Assembly (NCBI GenBank): GCA_965215605.1
Contig: OZ244070.1
Span: 1,408,001 to 1,472,000 of the forward strand
Length of the DNA: 64,000 nt
Direction of reading: 5' to 3'
Source of the DNA: an uncultured Candidatus Binatia bacterium
Lineage (GTDB): Bacteria > Desulfobacterota > Binatia > UBA9968 > JAJDTQ01
Shown: one piece after another, positions 56,552 through 64,000 of the stretch
How the letters are laid out: each line of letters begins with the position of its first letter
Position numbering within the stretch: the first letter of the stretch is position 1
Notes under the pieces: model-generated
Told to the model about the DNA's origin: nothing
Database searches by the model: none
The model's input: the letters and a program-made list of their open reading frames with translations, nothing else
Made by a program: the position numbers and the translations under genes

Positions 56552-57724
56552 GTGCGCACCGGACTGGAAAGACTCCTCGACGACCCGCGCCGCTGGCTAG
56601 GGTCCGCGCGCGTCGGACTGGCGGCCAACCCCACCACGGTGAACCGCAAGTTCACCCACGCCGCCGATCTCTTGCACCGGCACCCGGACGTGGACCTGCG
56701 CTGCCTGTTCGGCCCCGAGCACGGACTTCGCGGGTCGGCCCAGGACATGGTCGGGGTGGAGGACGACACCGACCCCGCCACCGGCCTCCCGGCGGTCAGC
56801 CTTTACGGCGCCACCTTCGAGTCCCTTGCGCCCACGCCCGAGCGGCTCTCGAGCCTCGATGCGTTCGTATTCGACATCCAGGACGTGGGAGCCCGCTACT
56901 ACACCTACGCCGCCACCATGGCCCTTTGCATGCGCGCGGCGAAGGCCTCCCGGGTCAAGGTCGTGGTCCTCGACCGGCCCAATCCCATCGGCGGCGCGGC
57001 GGTGGAGGGGGGCGGCCTGGATGAGGGTCTGGAGAACTTCTGCGGCCTGTACCCGGTGCCCCAGCGGCACGGCATGACGCTGGGGGAACTGGCGCGCCTG
57101 TACAACGACACCTTCGGCATCGGCTGCGAACTGGAGGTGGTGGCGTGCGAAGGATGGGCGCGGAGCGCCTATTACGACCAGTGCGGCCTGCCCTGGGTGA
57201 TGCCGTCGCCGAACATGCCGGCCCCGGAGACCGCGCTGGTCTACCCGGGCATGTGCCTGCTCGAAGGCACCAACCTGTCCGAGGGGCGAGGCACCACGCG
57301 TCCCTTCGAGCTGTTCGGCGCGCCCTTCATCGATGCGACGGCGCTGGCCGGAGAACTGCGGCGTCACGACCTTGCCGGCGTGGCGTTCCGGCCCTGCGTC
57401 ATCGAGCCGGCGTTCCACAAGTTCACGGGCCGGCGCTGCGGCGCGCTGCAGTTGCACATTACCGACCGCGGGGCCTTCGAGCCCTACCGCACCGGCCTGG
57501 CCGTGCTGACGGCCGTGCGGAAGCTGTGGCCGGAATCGTTCGCCTGGCGGACCGAGCCCTACGAGTTCCGGGCCGACGTCCCGGCCATCGACCTCTTGAC
57601 CGGCCGCCCGGCCGTGAGGCAAGCCATTGACGGCGGCGCAACGCTCGACGAGGTGGTGCGCATCGCCTGCGGCGGCACCGAGATCTACGACGCCGGACGG
57701 GACAAGGCCCTGTTGTACGGTTGA
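56552..57724 (+). CDS. Exo-beta-N-acetylmuramidase NamZ-like (DUF1343)
   Basis: RTGLE, FGPEHG, FDIQDVGARYYTY, LDRPNP, RHGMTLGE, SPNMP and SEGRGTTRPFE. GTG start lies 6 nt after TACAAT. Confidence 0.92.
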   Translation: MRTGLERLLDDPRRWLGSARVGLAANPTTVNRKFTHAADLLHRHPDVDLRCLFGPEHGLRGSAQDMVGVEDDTDPATGLPAVSLYGATFESLAPTPERLSSLDAFVFDIQDVGARYYTYAATMALCMRAAKASRVKVVVLDRPNPIGGAAVEGGGLDEGLENFCGLYPVPQRHGMTLGELARLYNDTFGIGCELEVVACEGWARSAYYDQCGLPWVMPSPNMPAPETALVYPGMCLLEGTNLSEGRGTTRPFELFGAPFIDATALAGELRRHDLAGVAFRPCVIEPAFHKFTGRRCGALQLHITDRGAFEPYRTGLAVLTAVRKLWPESFAWRTEPYEFRADVPAIDLLTGRPAVRQAIDGGATLDEVVRIACGGTEIYDAGRDKALLYG

Positions 57725-57778
57725 GAGGCGAAGCCCGTTGCGGAAGACGACACTCATGGATCGCGAAGGAGGCAGATC

Positions 57779-58471
57779 ATGGCAGATCAGGAAGTAGCCG
57801 TTGTGGTGGGCGGAGGGCCGGGGCTGAGCGCTTCGCTGGTGCGGCTGTTCACCCGGGAAGGCATGAAGGCAGCCATCGCGGCCCGCAACCCGGACAAGCT
57901 CCAGGCCCTGTCGGACAGCACGGGCTGCCGTACCTACCCGTGCGATGCGGTAGTCCCCGAGGACGTGGACAGCCTGTTCGCCCGGGTGGCACAGGACCTC
58001 GGAGACCCCGACGTGGTGGTCTACAACGCCAGCGCCCGGGTGCGCGGACCGCTTGCGGAGCTCGACTCCAGCGCCGTCAGGGACGCCATCATGGTGACCT
58101 GCTACGGCGGTTTCCTGGTGGGACAGGCCGCCGCCAGGAGCATGCTCCGGACCGGCGGCGGCACCATCCTGTTCACCGGCGCATCGGCGAGCGTCAAGGG
58201 TTACGCCAACTCCGCCTCCTTCGCCATGGGCAAGTTCGGCCTCAGCGGCCTGGCCCAAAGCATGGCGCGGGAGCTTCAGCCGCAGAACATCCACGTGGCC
58301 CAGATCGTCATCGACGGCGGCATCGACTCGCCCAAGCGGGACCCCGGACGCGGCGCGGACACCTGGCTGAGCCCGGACAGCATCGCGGAGACCTACCTGC
58401 AGCTCCACCGCCAGCACCGGAGCGCATGGGCGTCGCAAATCGAGCTGAGACCCTGGGTCGAAAAGTTCTGA
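57779..58471 (+). CDS. Short-chain dehydrogenase/reductase
   Basis: GGGPGLS, YNAS, TGASAS, FAMGK and SMAREL. Confidence 0.9.
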   Translation: MADQEVAVVVGGGPGLSASLVRLFTREGMKAAIAARNPDKLQALSDSTGCRTYPCDAVVPEDVDSLFARVAQDLGDPDVVVYNASARVRGPLAELDSSAVRDAIMVTCYGGFLVGQAAARSMLRTGGGTILFTGASASVKGYANSASFAMGKFGLSGLAQSMARELQPQNIHVAQIVIDGGIDSPKRDPGRGADTWLSPDSIAETYLQLHRQHRSAWASQIELRPWVEKF

Positions 58472-58514
58472 GGGACTAAGGTTTCCGCGTCCGTTGCCGA
58501 TCTTCCCTTGAGGG

Positions 58515-59027
58515 ATGGGAAGAAAGACTTCAGGCGCGGAGACGCGGCAACCCGGGGCTCCCCTCGGAGGAGAGGCGGGCGTCGTCCTGCCGTCGGTGCT
58601 CATGCTGGTGGCGGTGCTGACAGCGGTGGGCGGCGCCGCCATGAACGCGGCCCTGACCGACCTGCGGATCGCGGGCGCCCACTACAAGAGCGTGGCCGTG
58701 TTCCACATCGCCGAGGCCGGCCTCGCCCACGGCCGGCACGAGCTTTCCGACGAGGACGGCGTGCGGGACTTCGCCGCCATCCTCGCGCCCGCCACCCTCT
58801 TCAGCGCCCTCGTTTTCCACGACGGCAGCTACACGGTGACGGCGACCCCGGTCACCGGCGCCGTTCCCGCCCGAATCCGCCTGCGGTCGTCCGCATGCCA
58901 TCCCGCGGCCGACCCCTGCCCGCGCGAGAACGCCAGGGCCACGGTCGAAGCGTTGCTGGAGCACGACCCCGCCGGCGCCACGCCCCCGGAGCGGGTCCGC
59001 CTGGTGGCATGGAGGGCGCTGAATTGA
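58515..59027 (+). CDS. PilX-like minor pilin/pilus assembly protein
   Basis: Prepilin-like G|VVL hydrophobic N-terminus, FHIAEAGL and terminal AWR. Confidence 0.65.
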   Translation: MGRKTSGAETRQPGAPLGGEAGVVLPSVLMLVAVLTAVGGAAMNAALTDLRIAGAHYKSVAVFHIAEAGLAHGRHELSDEDGVRDFAAILAPATLFSALVFHDGSYTVTATPVTGAVPARIRLRSSACHPAADPCPRENARATVEALLEHDPAGATPPERVRLVAWRALN

Positions 59028-59051
59028 CTCGGCACCCGATTTCGGTACAAT
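59024..59051 (+). promoter_or_regulatory. Putative sigma70 promoter
   Basis: TTGACT-16 bp-TACAAT upstream of RBS aaggag and ATG 59089. Confidence 0.6.
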
Positions 59052-59088
59052 CGTTCCTGTTTGGCTGCTCTTGAAAGGAGTCCACGCC

Positions 59089-59283
59089 ATGAGTGCCGTT
59101 CCATACGATGTCTACATCCTCTTGGCCATCATCGGCACCGGGGTCTCGTTGGCCGGACTGATTCTGCCGGATCTGCGCGCCATGAAGCGGGATATCGGCG
59201 ACCTCCGGGAACGCATGGCCCGCCTTGAGGGGCTCTTCGAGGGATTCACCCGGCGGGACGACAACCAGGAGAGTATGTCATAG
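59089..59283 (+). CDS. Small single-TM coiled-coil protein of unknown function
   Basis: Good promoter and RBS; TM helix followed by DLRERMARLEGLFEG. Confidence 0.7.
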   Translation: MSAVPYDVYILLAIIGTGVSLAGLILPDLRAMKRDIGDLRERMARLEGLFEGFTRRDDNQESMS

Positions 59284-59298
59284 TGTCCTGGCCCCCGA

Positions 59299-61653
59299 TC
59301 ACGCTTGACCCGGGGTCCGGGGTGACGGCTCCGGGCGGCCTAGTACTTCCAGGACCCGTTCAGGCCTCAACGGCAGGTCCTTCACCCGCAGCCCGCCCAA
59401 GGCGTTGGCCACGGCGTTGCCGATGGCGGGTTCCACCGGGCCGAGGGCGGCTTCGCCCATGCCCTTGGCGCCGAAGGGGCCGTCGGGATGGGGGTGCTCT
59501 ACCAGTAGGGACGAGAAGGTCTCGGGATGGTCCTGCATGGACGGGGGGAGGTAGCTGAGGAACGTGCAGTTGATGGGCTGGCCGTTGTCGAACACCATCT
59601 CCTCGAACAGGGACGAGCCCAGGGACATGAGCATGGAGCCCTCGTTCTGAAGATGACACTGGCGCGGGTTGATAGCCTTGCCGGCGTCCACCGCGGTGAC
59701 GAGGCGCACCACCCGCACCTTGCCGGTTCCGGTGTCCACCTCCACCTCGGCGGCGCAGGCGGAGAGGAAGAAGAAGGCGGACGCCTTGCCCTTGCCCGTG
59801 GCGGGGTCGACGCCGCCCCGGCTCTGGAAGCCGGCGCTGCCGAAGAGGCTTCCCAACACGCCGCCGAAGCGGGCGCGGAAAAGGTCGCTGATGGGGAGCC
59901 GCCGCTCGGGGACTCCGGCCACCTGCACGAAGCCGTCCCGCAACTCCAGGTCGCCCGGGTCGGCCTCGAGCTCCCCGGCGCCGATCTCCAGTAGCTGGCC
60001 GGCCACCTCCCGGGCGGCCCGGACGGCGGCGTTGCCCATGCTGAAGACCGTGCGGCTGGAGCTGGTGGACTGGTCGAAGGGAGTCACGTCGGTATCGGGA
60101 AGGGTGACGGAAACCCGTTCCCGCGGCAGGCCCAGCACCTCGCTCACCATCTGCGCCAGGCTCGTCTGGACCCCCTGACCAATCTCCACGCTACCTGACA
60201 GCAGCGTCGCCGAGCCGTCGGCGTTGAGCCGGACGCTGGCGGACGAATGAGACGGCGTCATGGTGGTCTTGATCATCACCGCCACGCCCTTGCCGCGCAC
60301 GAGGGTCGCCGGCGGCCGCGGCGCCTGCTCCGTCCCGCCCTGCCACCCGATGGCCTCGGCGGCGGCCCGCAGGCAGTCCTCCAACCCCACCGCCTCCAGG
60401 GTATCGCCGGTGACGAAGACGTCGCCGTCGTGCACGAGGTTCCGGAGCCGCATCTCCAGCGGGTCCAGCTCCAGCCGGCGCGCCATGTTGTCCATCTGCG
60501 CCTCGTAGGCCCAGCACACCTGGGGCACGCCGAAACCCCGGTAGGGGCCGGTGGGCGGGGTGTTGGTGTAGACGCACCAGGAGGTCAGGCGCTGGTGCGG
60601 AATGCGGTAGGGTCCGCCGGACACCTCGCCGCCGTTGCGCGACGTGGACGGCCCGGTGAGGGCGTAGGCGCCGGTGTCATAGACCGCCGCCACCTCCCGC
60701 GCCAGGATCGTGCCGTCGCGTTTCACGCCGGTCTTGATGCGCACCACCGAGGCGTGGCAGTGGCCGGTGAGGAACACTTCCTCGCGCGTGAGCTTCCACT
60801 GCACCGGCCGGCGCGCCTTGCGGGCCAACGCCGCGGCCAGGGGTTCCAGGCGCAGGTGCACCTTGCCGCCGTAGCCGCCCCCGACGTAGGGCACCACCAC
60901 CCGCACCATGGATTGCGGCAGCTCGAACAGCTCGGCGAGCTGGACCTGGATGGACGACGGGTTCTGGGTGGCGGAATAAACCGTCAGCTTGCCCGCTGCA
61001 TCCCAGAGGGCAGTGACCACGTGGGGTTCCAGGTGACCGTGCTGGATCTTAGGGGTGGTGTAGACGTCCTCGAAGACCAGGTCCGAGGCGGCGAAGCCCT
61101 CCTCGATGTCGCCACGGCCCACGCTGTAGGAGGTCAGGACGTTGGCGCGGTCCTCGTAGTGGTAGTGGCCCTTGTCCAGACGGCTCTCGGACTGCACGCG
61201 CGTTTCATGAAGCACCGGCGCGCCGGGCTCCATGGCTTCCATCGGGTCCAGCACCGGCGTCAGCGGCTCGTACTCCACGTGGATGAGCTCGACCGCTTCT
61301 TCCGCGGTACCCGGCTCTTCGGCCGCCACCGCGGCCACCACCTCGCCCGCGTACCGAACACGGTCCACCGCCACGATGGGCTGGTCCTTGACCACCGGTC
61401 CGAAATGGGAATGGCTTGGCGGGAGGTCAGCGCCGGTGAGCACCGCCACCACCCCGGGCAGGGCCTCGGCGGCGCTCGCATCCACGGAGACGAGCCGGGC
61501 GTGGGGATGCACGCTCCTCAGCGCCTTGACGTGTACGAGCCCCGGAAACTCCAGGTCGCCGGTGTATTGGGCGGCGCCGGTGACCTTCGCCGGTCCGTCG
61601 ACCCGCGGCGCGTTGTCGCCGATGGAGCTCATGAGTCCGAGAGCCTCGGCCAT
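59299..61653 (-). CDS. Xanthine dehydrogenase-family molybdopterin-binding subunit
   Basis: KVTG...Y, GGGYGGK, YRGFG, EIGQG and GAKGMGE. The start may be 61632. Confidence 0.93.
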   Translation of the reverse strand: MAEALGLMSSIGDNAPRVDGPAKVTGAAQYTGDLEFPGLVHVKALRSVHPHARLVSVDASAAEALPGVVAVLTGADLPPSHSHFGPVVKDQPIVAVDRVRYAGEVVAAVAAEEPGTAEEAVELIHVEYEPLTPVLDPMEAMEPGAPVLHETRVQSESRLDKGHYHYEDRANVLTSYSVGRGDIEEGFAASDLVFEDVYTTPKIQHGHLEPHVVTALWDAAGKLTVYSATQNPSSIQVQLAELFELPQSMVRVVVPYVGGGYGGKVHLRLEPLAAALARKARRPVQWKLTREEVFLTGHCHASVVRIKTGVKRDGTILAREVAAVYDTGAYALTGPSTSRNGGEVSGGPYRIPHQRLTSWCVYTNTPPTGPYRGFGVPQVCWAYEAQMDNMARRLELDPLEMRLRNLVHDGDVFVTGDTLEAVGLEDCLRAAAEAIGWQGGTEQAPRPPATLVRGKGVAVMIKTTMTPSHSSASVRLNADGSATLLSGSVEIGQGVQTSLAQMVSEVLGLPRERVSVTLPDTDVTPFDQSTSSSRTVFSMGNAAVRAAREVAGQLLEIGAGELEADPGDLELRDGFVQVAGVPERRLPISDLFRARFGGVLGSLFGSAGFQSRGGVDPATGKGKASAFFFLSACAAEVEVDTGTGKVRVVRLVTAVDAGKAINPRQCHLQNEGSMLMSLGSSLFEEMVFDNGQPINCTFLSYLPPSMQDHPETFSSLLVEHPHPDGPFGAKGMGEAALGPVEPAIGNAVANALGGLRVKDLPLRPERVLEVLGRPEPSPRTPGQA

Positions 61654-61681
61654 GTGCCGTCCCTTCCGGAACCGCGGCCTG

Positions 61682-62308
61682 TCAGGCCTGCTGGAGCTTC
61701 TCCAGGAAGGTTGCGGAGTCCATCACCACGCCGAAGTGCTTGTCGAAGTTCTCGAGGGTGGCCGCCTGTTCCTCGTCGGAGAAGCAGGCATTGGCGTCCG
61801 AGAGAAAGAGCACCTTGAAGTCGCGCATGGCGCCGTCCCGGGCGGTGCTGTCGCAGCACACGTTGGTGGCCACGCCGGTGATGGCGACGGTGTCCCGTCC
61901 CAGGCGCCGCAGGATGTTCTCCAGGTTGGTGCCGTAGAAGCCGCTGTAGCGGAACTTCTTGATGGTGATCTCGTCCTCCTCGGGCTTCACGCTCTCCAGG
62001 AACTCAGCGCCGGGCGCCCCCTCGATGTTGGTCCAGGGATCATCGGTGTGGTGGGTAACGGGCTTGAGATCCGCGAACACGCCCACGTCCGCCAGGTCCT
62101 TGCGCTTGGTGGTGTGGAGATAGATCACCGGCACGTCCGACGAGCGGCACACCCCCAGCAGCTCCTGCATCTTCGGGATGATGTCTTCCGACGACGGCAG
62201 GTAGCGGGCGCCCCTGGGGTCCACCCACATATTCTGCATGTCGACGACGATGAGCGCCGTGTTGTCCTTGCCGATACGCCAATGGTCCGCGGGGCGCGTT
62301 TCGTCCAT
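61682..62308 (-). CDS. Isochorismatase-family cysteine hydrolase
   Basis: ALIVVDMQN, KFRYSGF and GVATNVCCDSTARD. Confidence 0.92.
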   Translation of the reverse strand: MDETRPADHWRIGKDNTALIVVDMQNMWVDPRGARYLPSSEDIIPKMQELLGVCRSSDVPVIYLHTTKRKDLADVGVFADLKPVTHHTDDPWTNIEGAPGAEFLESVKPEEDEITIKKFRYSGFYGTNLENILRRLGRDTVAITGVATNVCCDSTARDGAMRDFKVLFLSDANACFSDEEQAATLENFDKHFGVVMDSATFLEKLQQA

Positions 62309-62576
62309 GTTCCACCTCCTCCGGGTCACGCATGCGTGGCGGGCGCCGGAACCCCCGTCTACCACAGACAAAACCGGGGTCACAAGGCGGCCCCCGCGGC
62401 TTCTAAGTGCGCCACGACTCGGACATCAGGACCCTGGGCGATCTCAAGGGCAAACGGAGTTGCTGCTGTTCTTTCCGGCCAGCGGCGTGAACCAAGGCAT
62501 CTGGACGGACGTGGCCGGGGCCTGCCTGGCCGGGGTTCTGGCCGTCACCAGGGGTTTCCCGGGAGAGAGGCGCTGA

Positions 62577-63971
62577 CTACAGCGCCTCGGCCCCGAACCG
62601 TTCGATGACCTCCAGGGTCTCGCGGACGTCGTCCCAGGTGGTGTTGTGGTTGATGATGCACAGCCTGAGGGAAAACTTCCCGGCCAGCGTCGTCGATGAG
62701 ATGAGCGCGCGGTCCTCCCAGAAGACGCGCGCGAGCACGTTCCGGTTGACCTTTTCCAGCCTCTCCTCGTCGAGGTCCCGGCCGGCGGGGTTCACCCGGA
62801 AGCACACGATCCCCAGCGACGCCGGGTTCAGCGTCTCGAGCATGGAGCTCTCCCGCACGTAATCGTCGGCCCGGGCCGCCAGCTCCATCCCCTGCGACAC
62901 CGCCTGCCGGAACGCGGCCATGCCGAAGGTCTGCACCGACATCCAGATCTTCAATGCCCGCGCCGAGCGGCTCAACTGCAGCCCGAGGTCCGAGAAGTTC
63001 GGATGGTTGGCGCCCCAGATGGTGTCCTGGAGGACATCGTGGTGCACTTCGAAGGCCGTTTCGAGGGTGGCGGCGTCCTTCACCAGCAGGCCGCCCACCT
63101 CGTAGGGTTGGAAGAACCATTTGTGGCCGTCCAGGTTCACCGAGTCGGCGCGCTCAATGCCGCGCAGGAGCTCCTTGCCCCGCTCCGTCACCACCGCGAA
63201 ACCGCCGTAGGCGCCGTCGACGTGCAGCCAGATGCCCTCCGCCTCGCAGAAGTCGGCGATTTCCTCGAGCGGATCGATGGCCCCGGTGCTGCTGGCTCCG
63301 GCATTGGCGCACACCGTGACGGGATTCAGGCCGGCGGCACGGTCTTCGGCCACGGCGCGAGCCAGCGCGTCCACATCGAGGCGAAACCGCTCGTCCGTCG
63401 GCAGCAGCCGTGTGTGCTCCCGCCTGACGCCCGTGATCCTGGCGGCGCGGACCTGGGCGCTGTGGCTCTGGTCGCTCATGTACACGGTGGCGCCGTCGGG
63501 GTTGCCGGCGGCTTCCCGTGCCGCGACGAAGGCGTCCACGCTGGCCGCCGAGCCTCCGCTGGTCAGGAGCCCTCCGGCGCTGTCCGGGTAGCCGATCCAG
63601 CGCTTCAACCAGTCGAGGACCACCAGCTCGACCTCGCTGGGGCCGCTCGCCACCAACCAGGTGCATTGGTTGAAGTTGTAGCCGGCGGCCATGAAGTCGG
63701 CCAGCACACTCGGCCACGTCGGCGACGACGGGATGAACGCGAAGCAACGCGGGTGATCCAGGCGCGTGGCGAACGGGAGCACCTCGCGCGCGGCCCGTTC
63801 GATGACCTCCGCGCCCGGCCGTCCGTCCTCGGGCGGATCCTCCTTGAGCCTGGCGTCGAGGGCCTGCTGGAAGTCCCCGTCCCAGGCGTTGTCCCCGGGC
63901 AGGCCCTTGATCCGCTCAACCAGGATCTCCGCGGCCTTGTGCGCGAGCTCGAGCATGGCCTCCGGCGCCAT
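62577..63971 (-). CDS. PLP-dependent group II amino acid decarboxylase
   Basis: HPRCFAFIP, SGGS, HVDGAYGG and DGHKW. The frame stays open to the window edge, so the true start may lie just outside. Confidence 0.92.
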   Translation of the reverse strand: MAPEAMLELAHKAAEILVERIKGLPGDNAWDGDFQQALDARLKEDPPEDGRPGAEVIERAAREVLPFATRLDHPRCFAFIPSSPTWPSVLADFMAAGYNFNQCTWLVASGPSEVELVVLDWLKRWIGYPDSAGGLLTSGGSAASVDAFVAAREAAGNPDGATVYMSDQSHSAQVRAARITGVRREHTRLLPTDERFRLDVDALARAVAEDRAAGLNPVTVCANAGASSTGAIDPLEEIADFCEAEGIWLHVDGAYGGFAVVTERGKELLRGIERADSVNLDGHKWFFQPYEVGGLLVKDAATLETAFEVHHDVLQDTIWGANHPNFSDLGLQLSRSARALKIWMSVQTFGMAAFRQAVSQGMELAARADDYVRESSMLETLNPASLGIVCFRVNPAGRDLDEERLEKVNRNVLARVFWEDRALISSTTLAGKFSLRLCIINHNTTWDDVRETLEVIERFGAEAL

Positions 63972-64000
63972 CTCGAGGGGGCCGTGATCCGGCGTGTCCA

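Overview
This is a high-GC bacterial chromosome segment. The gene content suggests an uncultured deltaproteobacterium-like organism, but that is inference only. From left to right: (1) a partial MFS transporter, then an ABC-type ATPase + PIN gene pair bracketed by an exact 36-bp direct repeat, a YHS protein, an AAA_14/DUF4143 ATPase and a DHDPS-family aldolase. (2) A ~21.6-kb surface-glycan locus (5123-26746) with three tandem GT4 paralogues, other glycosyltransferases, wecB, five methyltransferases (one a kinase-like/methyltransferase fusion) and two DUF1640-like coiled-coil genes with different internal repeat arrays. (3) Orphan catabolic enzymes and a nucleotidyltransferase + RHH toxin-antitoxin-like pair. 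(4) pilM-pilN-pilO/P (fused), priA-def-fmt-rsmB and tRNA-Pro(CGG). (5) Further catabolic genes, prpE, an AprA/SdhA-like flavoprotein with a ferredoxin, namZ, a molybdo-enzyme large subunit and a PLP decarboxylase. I saw no CRISPR array, integrase or transposase. The best candidates for undescribed systems are the repeat-flanked ATPase-PIN cassette, the NTase-RHH pair, and the variable-length coiled-coil cassettes next to the kinase-methyltransferase module. All family calls come from reading motifs by eye, not from database searches.
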